A stretch of 64,000 nt of DNA from positions 1-64,000 of the IMG/VR virus record IMGVR_UViG_3300017991_000001. One strand, 5' to 3'. Position 1 is the stretch's first letter. Each line of letters opens with the position of its first letter. The translations under genes were made by a program, and so were the position numbers. The notes under the pieces were generated by a model. The model worked only from the letters and a program-made list of their open reading frames with translations, ran no database searches and was not told the origin of the DNA. Below are positions 1 to 7,551 of this stretch, one piece after another.

Positions 1-794
1 ACCACTCCAACTGCCAGGCCATCATCAACTACATCAAGTCGCTCAACCCGAACACCAAGCTCTTCGGCTACGTGAGCACGAACCAGACCTACGCGAACTT
101 CACCTCCAAGACCGACGACTGGGACGACATGGGGGTGCACGGCATCTTCATGGACGAGAGCGGGTACGACTACGGCAAGAACCGCGGCGAGTTCAACGAC
201 CGGGTCGACTACGTGCATGGCAAGGGGCTGATCGCCTTCGCCAACGCCTGGAACACGGACCACATCCTGGGCACCGCCAACGACGCCAGCTACCCGAACA
301 GCACCTACAACTCGGGCGCCGTGGAGTCGAAGCTGAACACCAGCGACTGGATTCTGATGGAGAGCTTCCCCGTCAACACCACGGCCTACACGGACAGCAC
401 GCCGGACGGCTACGAGGCCAAGGCGGAGTGGGCGGCACGCGGATCGAAGCTCCTGTCCCTGCGAGCCACGTACGGCGTGAACTTCGCCGGCAGTTGCGTG
501 ATCGCCGACGGCGTGTCGGGCGAGCAGGACTTCTTCGACTTCGGGTTCATCTCGGCGCTCATGTGGAGTCTGGAGGCCTTCGGCAGCTCCGACACCAGTT
601 ACGGTTCCAGCTCGGCGAAGACCGCGTACCTGACGCGGCCGAACACCGAGGGCCTCAGAAGCTTGTGGAGCCTCAACCCGGCGATCCGCAACGACGTCAA
701 CGACAACGACATCTATCGCCGGTTCGTGGAGCACGCGCAGATGTACGTGGACTTCTCCACCAGCGCGCAGGCCTCGGGGCTGACGAAAGAGTAG
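1..794 (+). CDS. Partial (5'-truncated) glycoside-hydrolase-like / spherulin-4-like TIM-barrel protein
   Basis: Frame is open from the window start (HSNCQAIINYIKSLNPNTKLFGYV...). The GYV and GIFMDE motifs resemble spherulin-4/GH-like barrels. Followed by a terminator. Confidence 0.45.
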   Translation, partial: HSNCQAIINYIKSLNPNTKLFGYVSTNQTYANFTSKTDDWDDMGVHGIFMDESGYDYGKNRGEFNDRVDYVHGKGLIAFANAWNTDHILGTANDASYPNSTYNSGAVESKLNTSDWILMESFPVNTTAYTDSTPDGYEAKAEWAARGSKLLSLRATYGVNFAGSCVIADGVSGEQDFFDFGFISALMWSLEAFGSSDTSYGSSSAKTAYLTRPNTEGLRSLWSLNPAIRNDVNDNDIYRRFVEHAQMYVDFSTSAQASGLTKE

Positions 795-817
795 ACGGAC
801 ACCCTGTCCAAACACCG

Positions 818-842
818 GGGCGGCCTTCGGGCCGCCCTTTTT
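818..842 (+). terminator. Rho-independent terminator
   Basis: GGGCGGCC-TTCG-GGCCGCCC followed by TTTTT. Confidence 0.9.
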
Positions 843-955
843 CATGCCCTCGAGCAATGAATTTCAGCGTCTAAATTACGCCTCAAAGCGCGTTACAATA
901 TACTACGCGTGACTGGCTTTCAGTCAGTTACTCTCCTGAACTACAACCTTCGGTA

Positions 956-1057
956 AATTCGCGTCAGGCCTGCGAGATACCCACCGCGCGCACAGGCGCG
1001 TTGGCAGGATAAGTGGCCGCGAAGGCATTGCCGTTACGCCGGAGCAATCTCCTGTAC
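956..1057 (+). ncRNA. tracrRNA-like scaffold copy 1 with anti-repeat for array 1
   Basis: Homologous to the copies at 4237, 5541 and 6167. Ends in TCTCCTGTAC (1048-1057), complementary to GTACAGGAGG of the array-1 repeat with one G.U pair. Confidence 0.85.
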
Positions 1058-1102
1058 CTACTGAACGTTGTGTTCATTTTCTCAGTTGTCGCAAGACATA
1101 GG

Positions 1103-1253
1103 GGCGGCCCCACGCGTACAGGAGGGTTTGGAAACGGAGGCAGGACAGACATTGTGCCGATTCGGCGGCCCCACGCGTACAGGAGGGTTTGGTTCACCAC
1201 GGCCTGCCAGCCCGCGAAATGCGCGGCGGCCACACGCGTACAGGAGGCTTGTG
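1103..1253 (+). CRISPR. CRISPR array 1 (mini-array): 3 repeats, 2 spacers of 32 nt
   Basis: GGCGGCCCCACGCGTACAGGAGGGTTTGG at 1103 and 1164; degenerate third copy at 1225; 61-nt period. Confidence 0.9.
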
Positions 1254-1270
1254 GACTCCCGGTAGCCGTC

Positions 1271-1351
1271 AACCACGCGCGCAAGGAAGCTCGGAAACAC
1301 GTGTTTCCGGGCCGGACACGTCGAGTCCGTGTGTGCGTGGTTTTTCGTTTT
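1271..1351 (+). promoter_or_regulatory. Palindrome/terminator-like structure between array 1 and the effector gene
   Basis: Perfect 18-bp palindrome CGGAAACACGTGTTTCCG (1292-1309), enclosed by AACCACGCGC / GTGCGTGGTT and followed by T-runs. Confidence 0.5.
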
Positions 1352-1373
1352 ACCATTCTTACAGGAGAGGAAC

Positions 1374-3362
1374 ATGGACGAGAAAAGCGCGATGGAAGAA
1401 GTGGCCAGGTTGGCCGAGGCAAACGCGGTGCGCATGGAAAAAACGGCGCGTTCTCCGCGCATCCAAGTGATGGAGTTCCGGTTTCCGACGCCGGAGGACT
1501 GGGTGAAGGGCATGCGTTATTTCAAAGCCTATGGGGCCAATATGAAGTGGTTGTTCGCCCAGGCGTCGATGTGTCTCAACCTTGCCGGCATACCCGGGTT
1601 CACGCCCAAGAAGAACCTCAACGCAACGGTCGACATGGCCCTGGCCGACGCGTTCATGAAGTTGCTGGGCGGTGAGGTGGTGAACGGAGACGGAAACGGG
1701 GACGGTAAGAAACGCGGTGCGGCTCTGTATGCCTTGCGCAAGGCCTGGATGGACCGGCAGGACGAGCTAGAGAAGGCCGAGAACGTCGGCTTCCGTTTCC
1801 CTTCCTGCATATGGGACGAGGCACGGATCTTCGTGTGGGGCCACTTGAAAAGGAAGGACCCCCGCATGAAACGACGCCACTGCGACCTGTCGGCGGCGGG
1901 CGAGCGCAAGGACGTCAACTACAACACGGAACTGTCACGCATCGTACTGCAGGCGTACGAGTGCCAAACGACCAAACGTGTGAAGTTCGCTGAGGAAACC
2001 GATCCCGTCTCGGGCGAGAAGATGCTGGTAGCCTACCTGGGCATCGTGAAGGGCGTGAGCACGCGGGTCATCCTCGACGGTTGGTTCGAGCGGCTGGTCA
2101 GGAAGGAGGTGATCGAGAACGGCAAACGCGTGATGAAGGTCGTGCGCGAGCGGGACCGCTTTGAGATGGAGCCGCGAGCCAAGGGCGTCGTGGAGAATAT
2201 CCTCTCCGGTGAATACACGCTGCGTCGGGGCGAGTTCTACTTCCGCAAGCGCCGCAGCAAGGGCGGGCCCCGCAAGCTACGTCCCTTCCTGGATCTTTGT
2301 TACGACCCTCATGCCAAACGCACTGCCCGCCAGCTTAAGAAGGAGGAAGAGGAGGGCGAGACCACCAAGCGTGGCATGCGCTACGCGGCGCTGTTCTTCC
2401 ACAAGACGGACGGCGTGGGTAAGGACGAAGGGCTTGTTTATTTCCCCCACCTGTCAACCGACATCACGACAAGCAAGGAGAAGTTGGACAAGTACCGGTT
2501 CTATTCCCCGCCCGTGAACAACATGATGGGTGTACTGCACGATATCCGGGCGCGGCGCAACGCCGTCGTCCACCGCAAGCGTTCGGCGCTCGGGGTTCGC
2601 GAGTTCCGCACCGCCATCAAGAAGAAGGAGAAGTTGTACACGTTGCGGCGGGAGAAGTTCATCACGAAGAACATGAACATCATGGCGAACGACTTCGTGC
2701 GCTGCCTGCGAAGCTGGAACGTGGGCAACGTGATCATGCCGTGCGTGCCCAAGAACATCGAGGTGATGGGCGAGTCGTTCCCGTGGGCCGCGTTCGTCGA
2801 TATCATGCACACCAAGTGTGACGACGCGGACATCATCTTCCTGACCGGCGACGCGCACCTGGAAGCGCTGCAGGCTGCGGCCAACGAGGAGACCGCCGCC
2901 ATCAGGGCACGTGATGATCTGGAGGACGAGGAGAAGGAACGGGCCATCAAGGTCATCAAGGAACGCACCAAGGCCCACAAGGAAATGCTCTCCGGCAACA
3001 TCTCGGAGCGCGCGGACACGCTCATCGAAACCATTGAGAAGAAACTCGAGGAGCGGGGTATGCGCAAGGAGGAGGACGAGGAGTCCCTTCTCGAAGAGGA
3101 AAGCAAGAGCAAGAAGAAGAGGAAACCCCGCAAGCGCGTGAAGCCGGTGCGGAAGGTCATGGTCAAGACGAAGGACGATGACGGCAGGACTGTGAAAAAA
3201 GACGCCAGCAAACTCCGCACGAAGACGCGCAAGCGTGCGGACCCCAAGGCGAAGCACGAGAAGTGCTGGGCTCGCCACAGGGGAGGACAGCAGGGCGAAG
3301 TCGAAATGAAGGTTTTCGAGCAGGAAGAGGCTAAGAGGAAAGACAGGAAATCAGGAGGATAA
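1374..3362 (+). CDS. Nuclease-dead TnpB/Cas12f-like type V effector with C-terminal charged extension (662 aa)
   Basis: RBS AGGAGAGG before ATG 1374. Cas12f-like wedge segment ILSGEYTLRRGEFYF...FLDLCYD. The RuvC-I position reads MRYAALFFH (no D). Arg/Lys-rich bridge helix, then KNMNIMANDFVRCLRSWNVGNVIMPCV (RuvC-II, no E) and FPWAAFVDIMHTKCDDADIIF. No Zn finger or RuvC-III. Flanked by CRISPR arrays. Confidence 0.8.
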   Translation: MDEKSAMEEVARLAEANAVRMEKTARSPRIQVMEFRFPTPEDWVKGMRYFKAYGANMKWLFAQASMCLNLAGIPGFTPKKNLNATVDMALADAFMKLLGGEVVNGDGNGDGKKRGAALYALRKAWMDRQDELEKAENVGFRFPSCIWDEARIFVWGHLKRKDPRMKRRHCDLSAAGERKDVNYNTELSRIVLQAYECQTTKRVKFAEETDPVSGEKMLVAYLGIVKGVSTRVILDGWFERLVRKEVIENGKRVMKVVRERDRFEMEPRAKGVVENILSGEYTLRRGEFYFRKRRSKGGPRKLRPFLDLCYDPHAKRTARQLKKEEEEGETTKRGMRYAALFFHKTDGVGKDEGLVYFPHLSTDITTSKEKLDKYRFYSPPVNNMMGVLHDIRARRNAVVHRKRSALGVREFRTAIKKKEKLYTLRREKFITKNMNIMANDFVRCLRSWNVGNVIMPCVPKNIEVMGESFPWAAFVDIMHTKCDDADIIFLTGDAHLEALQAAANEETAAIRARDDLEDEEKERAIKVIKERTKAHKEMLSGNISERADTLIETIEKKLEERGMRKEEDEESLLEEESKSKKKRKPRKRVKPVRKVMVKTKDDDGRTVKKDASKLRTKTRKRADPKAKHEKCWARHRGGQQGEVEMKVFEQEEAKRKDRKSGG

Positions 3363-3364
3363 CT

Positions 3365-4207
3365 GTGAACAAAATCAGACCCGCTGTCGTTCCACCCCCC
3401 GCGATCATGTACACCCCGACGGGGGCGGGATTGCCGGACACGCAGTTTAAGAGCGTACTAGCAGCCGTAAGCTCTGCGATCTGCGGAAGCTACAAGCGAC
3501 ACAAGAAGTTGGTGAGAGACACACTACACAAGCATGGACCGCTATTGAGCTGCATGGACCAGGAGCAGCGAGACACGCTGATGGAGTCCATCGAAGGGCA
3601 GGGCGTTACGTACAGGGAAGTGGATCGCGTACTTTCCTGCTACAGCGTGGTGCCTCGTTACATAGGCTTGGCGCCGGCACTGGTGGACAACAGCGCGGTA
3701 AGCGTGTTGTGGTGGAACAACCTTCCAAAGCGCGTCAAGCAGGACGCGTTGGCTGACAAGCTGGTACGCGTGAAGCGTGCCAACAGTTGGGTGCAGAAGA
3801 AGTTTTCGGACCTCACCCCGAAAGACGTGCGGCAGGTGTTCGATGTGGGTGACGGAAGCAAAGGGTACCTGCCCGTACGCACGCAGCATACTGCGCCGCG
3901 TGCCCGCAAAAGCGTGTACATGCAACCCGCGGGGCCGGTGTCGGTCAACGAGGACGACCCCAACAAGTTCCTCATCGAGGTCACCAGCAAAGGCAAGCGA
4001 GAAGTGGTGGCCATGTCCGAGCACGAGATGAAGTACACGCTCGGACAGGCGCGCGTGCTGACGGGAAGGAACGCGGTGGATTGGGACGCGGTCGAGAAGG
4101 AGCTGCGCGATTTAATCGCGACGTGGCGCGCGTCCAGGTCCAAGCATAAGGCCGTGTTGGCGACCTGCGCCGACGAAGTCGAGAAAATATTGGACGGCAA
4201 CGTGTAG
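3365..4207 (+). CDS. Hypothetical protein, operonic partner of the dead Cas12f-like effector (280 aa)
   Basis: GTG start 2 nt after the effector stop, with AGGAGG RBS; no recognisable motif. Confidence 0.8.
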   Translation: MNKIRPAVVPPPAIMYTPTGAGLPDTQFKSVLAAVSSAICGSYKRHKKLVRDTLHKHGPLLSCMDQEQRDTLMESIEGQGVTYREVDRVLSCYSVVPRYIGLAPALVDNSAVSVLWWNNLPKRVKQDALADKLVRVKRANSWVQKKFSDLTPKDVRQVFDVGDGSKGYLPVRTQHTAPRARKSVYMQPAGPVSVNEDDPNKFLIEVTSKGKREVVAMSEHEMKYTLGQARVLTGRNAVDWDAVEKELRDLIATWRASRSKHKAVLATCADEVEKILDGNV

Positions 4208-4236
4208 CTGAACGAAGCAGCGGTACGATGTGCGGA

Positions 4237-4338
4237 AATTCGCGTCAGGCCTGCGAGATGTCCGCCGCGCACACTGAGTGCGTTGGCAGGGTAAGTGGCC
4301 GTGAAGGCGCTTCGGCGCCGGATACGTCTTCCCTACAC
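4237..4338 (+). ncRNA. tracrRNA-like scaffold copy 2 with anti-repeat for array 2
   Basis: Stems CCTGC/GCAGG, GCGCAC/GTGCGT and GGCGC-TTCG-GCGCC. Anti-repeat TCTTCCCTACAC (4327-4338) pairs with GTATAGGGAAGA of the repeat. Confidence 0.88.
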
Positions 4339-4384
4339 ATCCGCATGTCGTACCGCTACTCTGTTTCTAACCCTACATGTTGGT

Positions 4385-5474
4385 GTCGCACCCACGCGTA
4401 TAGGGAAGATTGGACCCAATTTTAGATACTCGCTGCAGCGCCGTCGTCGCACCCACGCGTATAGGGAAGATTGGAGAAACGATTTGACTAGGCATGCGGA
4501 GTCGTCGTCGCACCCACGCGTATAGGGAAGATTGGGCGCCCAGCGCGTCCGCCACGTGTTCGCGCTCGTCGCACCCACGCGTATAGGGAAGATTGGAAAG
4601 CTCCCTCGAAGGCGTCGCCCAACAGGCCGTCGCACCCACGCGTATAGGGAAGATTGGGCTTACGCCGGCAAGCTCGGCATTGAGGGCCTGTCGCACCCAC
4701 GCGTATAGGGAAGATTGGCAGCGGCTGGACCGGCGACTCGGTCTGCCCCAGTCGCACCCACGCGTATAGGGAAGATTGGCGTATCATGAACAGGTCGCAC
4801 CCACGCGTATAGGGAAGATTGGCGGCTCGAGGTGTTCGCTACAGGAGCGTCGCACCCGCGCGTATAGGGAAGATTGGGCACCCTTCCCGCGAGTCGCGTG
4901 CTGCAGCACGTCGCACCCACACGTATAGGGAAGATTGGTCCTCCCTCAGCGTTTCCTCCGCTTTGCAGTCGTTGCACCCACGCAGATAGGGAAGATTGGA
5001 AGGGCCAACCAAAGGCACTGCCGGTCGCCAAGTCGCACCCACGCGTATAGGGAAGATTGGTTTTGGAGGCGAGCAACGCGGCGACGGGCAGCGTCGCGCC
5101 CACGCGTATAGGGAAGATTGGCTAAAGGATGTTGATCTCCTGTCGCACCCACGCGTATAGGGAAGATTGGATCGATAGGCGTAATTCCGGTTCAGGTGCC
5201 GTGTCGCACCCACGCGTATAGGGAAGATTGGGCCCCCGATCCCGAAATCGAAAAGACGGACCCGTCGCACCCACGCGTATAGGGAAGATTGGGCTTCGAT
5301 GTTCTGTGTCGTAGCCTTGAGCGGGTCGCACCCGCGCGTATAGGGAAGATTGGGTCCTTTTCCCGGACCGCCACGGGTTCGGGCGGTCGCACCCACGCGT
5401 ATAAGGAAGATTGGCCGTCAAGAATCGCCCCAACACCGCGTGTGCGTCGCACCCACGCACACGAGGAGGGTTGG
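4385..5474 (+). CRISPR. CRISPR array 2: 19 repeats, 18 spacers
   Basis: Repeat GTCGCACCCACGCGTATAGGGAAGATTGG (29 nt). Spacers mostly 32 nt, also 14, 26, 20 and 31. A degenerate last repeat at 5446 indicates + orientation. Confidence 0.98.
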
Positions 5475-5540
5475 GTCCTGGGTTCGTTGTCGCGCTTACG
5501 TGCTGGGAATGCATACAGACTACAGCGGTGGACACATGTA

Positions 5541-5638
5541 AATTCGCGTCAGGCCTGCGAGATGTCCGCCGCGCACACTGAGTGCGTTGGCAGGGTAAGT
5601 GGCCGTGAAGGTGCTTGCACCGGATACGTCTTCCCTAC
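5541..5638 (+). ncRNA. tracrRNA-like scaffold copy 3 with anti-repeat for array 3
   Basis: Near-identical to copy 2, with a compensatory hairpin GGTGC-TT-GCACC; anti-repeat TCTTCCCTAC at 5629-5638. Confidence 0.88.
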
Positions 5639-5680
5639 CATGTGTCATGCCGTTGTTCTCTTTATGGTCCATATGTTGGT

Positions 5681-6133
5681 GTCGCGCCCACGCGTATGGG
5701 GAAGGTTGGGCTTATGCACGCATCAGGGAGATCAGCGCACCGTCGCGCCCACGCGTATGGGGAAGGTTGGTCGTGGAGACGAGCAAAGCCGCGACGGGCG
5801 CCGTCGCGCCCACGCGTATGGGGAAGGTTGGTACGCCGAGTGCCTCGGACAACTGCGGGACAAGCCGCGCCTGCGCTTATAGGGAAGATTGGCCATCCCG
5901 CCTGGGGACAAATGGAGATTGCGTCGCGCCCACGCGTGTAGGGAAGGCTGGAAACTGTATGACCGTGTGGCGATCGGCCATGTATCGCGCCTACGCGTGT
6001 AGGGAAAGCTGGCTGCATCTGGCGTCAGATTTCATGCTGCGTAGGTAGGACCCACGCGTGTAGGGAAGGCTGGGCGCAGCTCGCCGTTATCGGAGCACGA
6101 AACCTGTTGAACCCACCCGCGTAAGAAGGCTGG
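5681..6133 (+). CRISPR. CRISPR array 3: 8 repeats, 7 spacers
   Basis: GTCGCGCCCACGCGTATGGGGAAGGTTGG at 5681, 5742 and 5803; progressively degenerate copies at 5864, 5923, 5984, 6045 and 6106. Confidence 0.95.
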
Positions 6134-6166
6134 ATCACCGAATAAATAGCAGTGCGGTATGTGGAG

Positions 6167-6272
6167 AATCGCGTCAGGCCTGCGAGATGTCCGCCGCGCG
6201 CACAGGCGCGTTGGCAGGATAAGTGGCCGTGAAGGCGCTTCGGCGCCGGATACGCTCTCCTCACACATACGT
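6167..6272 (+). ncRNA. tracrRNA-like scaffold copy 4 with anti-repeat for array 4
   Basis: Homologous scaffold. Anti-repeat GCTCTCCTCACACATACGT (6254-6272) pairs with ACGTA(C/T)G(C/T)GAGGAGGGC of the array-4 repeats. Confidence 0.88.
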
Positions 6273-6316
6273 CCGCATGTCGTGCTGCTGGTTAATCCAT
6301 ACCTCTGTATCTTGGC

Positions 6317-6772
6317 GTCAAACCTACGTACGCGAGGAGGACTGGCTAACGCGCCCAGAATGAGAGAATACCATGATGTCAAACCCATGTACGCGAGGAG
6401 GACTGGACGTTCACCGTCGCTATCTAAAGCGCCTTGCGGTCAAACTCACGTACGCGAGGAGGGTTGGGCTACCCTCAGCTACCGGCGGACGAGGACACGG
6501 TCAAACCCACATACGCGAGGAGAGCTGGGCCCACCTAGGACGGGCGGGCGGATTGCAACCGTCAAACCCACGTACGCGAGGAGGGCTGGTGATAAGCGAG
6601 GAGAACTAAGACCGAGGCAAGGTCAAACCCACGTATGCGAGGAGGGCTGGGCTGGCGTGGATGATGGTCGTTACCAGGATACGTCAAACCCACGTATGTG
6701 AGGAGGGCTGGCCTCGGCATGAACTGCTGCCTGCGTACTCGGCGTCGAACCCACGTACGCGAGGAGGGTTGG
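6317..6772 (+). CRISPR. CRISPR array 4: 8 repeats, 7 spacers of 32 nt
   Basis: Consensus GTCAAACCCACGTACGCGAGGAGGGCTGG at 6317, 6378, 6439, 6500, 6561, 6622, 6683 and 6744; exact 61-nt period. Confidence 0.95.
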
Positions 6773-6832
6773 CGTCGCTTGATTTCTTTCAGCGGGACCA
6801 TGCAATCGAATTAACAAGCGAACCCGCAAGGG

Positions 6833-6857
6833 GAGGTGCCAGCGGCGCCTTCTTTTA
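6833..6857 (+). terminator. Probable terminator ending the CRISPR locus
   Basis: GAGGTGCC-AGC-GGCGCCTT followed by CTTTT, convergent with the minus-strand operon. Confidence 0.55.
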
Positions 6858-6858
6858 G

Positions 6859-7551
6859 CTATTCGGTCATGTAACCCGCGTCCAGCATCATCTCCCGATA
6901 CATCTTCAGCGTGTGAGCGATCTGCTCTTCGTCCAGCACGTCCTCCCAGGCGCCGGGCTCGCCCTTCGTCTCGGAGATGTGCTTGCCCCTGAGCTGGGTC
7001 TTCATGTCAGCGGTGTCCTCATGCAGCGAGTCGGTGAAGGCCTTCACCGTGACGGGGTCGACCTCGTGGGCGATGCGCTTCACGTCTTCCGGCATGGGAG
7101 GCAGCCCGAGGTACTCGCGGATGCGGTCCACCGCGGCGGGGAGGTCGTTGTAGACGTCCTCGTACTTGAGCATCAGGATGGCGGGGTGCTTCTTCATATA
7201 GAAGTACTCGGTGCTCATCTTCTTCGGGTAGCGCAGGCGCTTCTTGTAGGGCGTGCGTCCGAACTTGGGCAGGCGCTGCAGCGAGGCCATCACGTCCAGC
7301 GGGTTGCGGTAGGTGTAGATGATGAAGGCCCGGCGGACGATGTCGAAGGGCGGCTCGTAGTGGTGGACCTTGACAACCCGCCAGCGCGTGCTGTTGAGCT
7401 GCTGGCGAAGCTCCTCGTCGACCTGGGCGGCCGAGGTGCCGGCGTAGTCGTAGGGGTGGCCCCGGGCTTCCAGGAGCTTCTGGACCGTCATGTAGGACAG
7501 GGTTGATCCGGTTCGATACATTCCGTTGCAGATAACGAACTGCTTGTGCAC
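6859..7551 (-). CDS. Sulfotransferase (Sulfotransfer_1/3-like)
   Basis: 5'-PSB loop GMYRTGST, VVKVH, 3'-PB YRNPLDVMAS, LKYED; GTG start inferred. Confidence 0.85.
   Translation of the reverse strand: MHKQFVICNGMYRTGSTLSYMTVQKLLEARGHPYDYAGTSAAQVDEELRQQLNSTRWRVVKVHHYEPPFDIVRRAFIIYTYRNPLDVMASLQRLPKFGRTPYKKRLRYPKKMSTEYFYMKKHPAILMLKYEDVYNDLPAAVDRIREYLGLPPMPEDVKRIAHEVDPVTVKAFTDSLHEDTADMKTQLRGKHISETKGEPGAWEDVLDEEQIAHTLKMYREMMLDAGYMTE

Noticed and set aside
1193-1224. Array-1 spacer 2 start TTCACCACG also occurs at 52881
   Set aside because: Only 9 contiguous nt match, which is expected by chance. I found no convincing self-targeting by eye, but the search was not exhaustive.
1374-3362. Active IS605/IS607 TnpB transposon or CAST (Cas12k)
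   Set aside because: No TnpA, serine recombinase or TnsB/C/TniQ gene, and no element ends, are visible nearby; catalytic residues are missing.
5489-5512. Possible 20th repeat remnant GTCGCGCTTACGTGCTGGGAATGC (also remnants near 1268 and 6805)
   Set aside because: Too degenerate and, for 5489 and 1268, out of period; not counted.
956-6272. The four ~100-nt copies as MITEs/REP elements or plain leaders
   Set aside because: They lack terminal inverted repeats and target duplications, always precede an array, and carry array-specific anti-repeats with structural covariation.
4228-6858. Many overlapping ORFs in the ORF track across the arrays (also 964-1675)
   Set aside because: Their translations are periodic products of the CRISPR repeats and scaffolds, not real genes.
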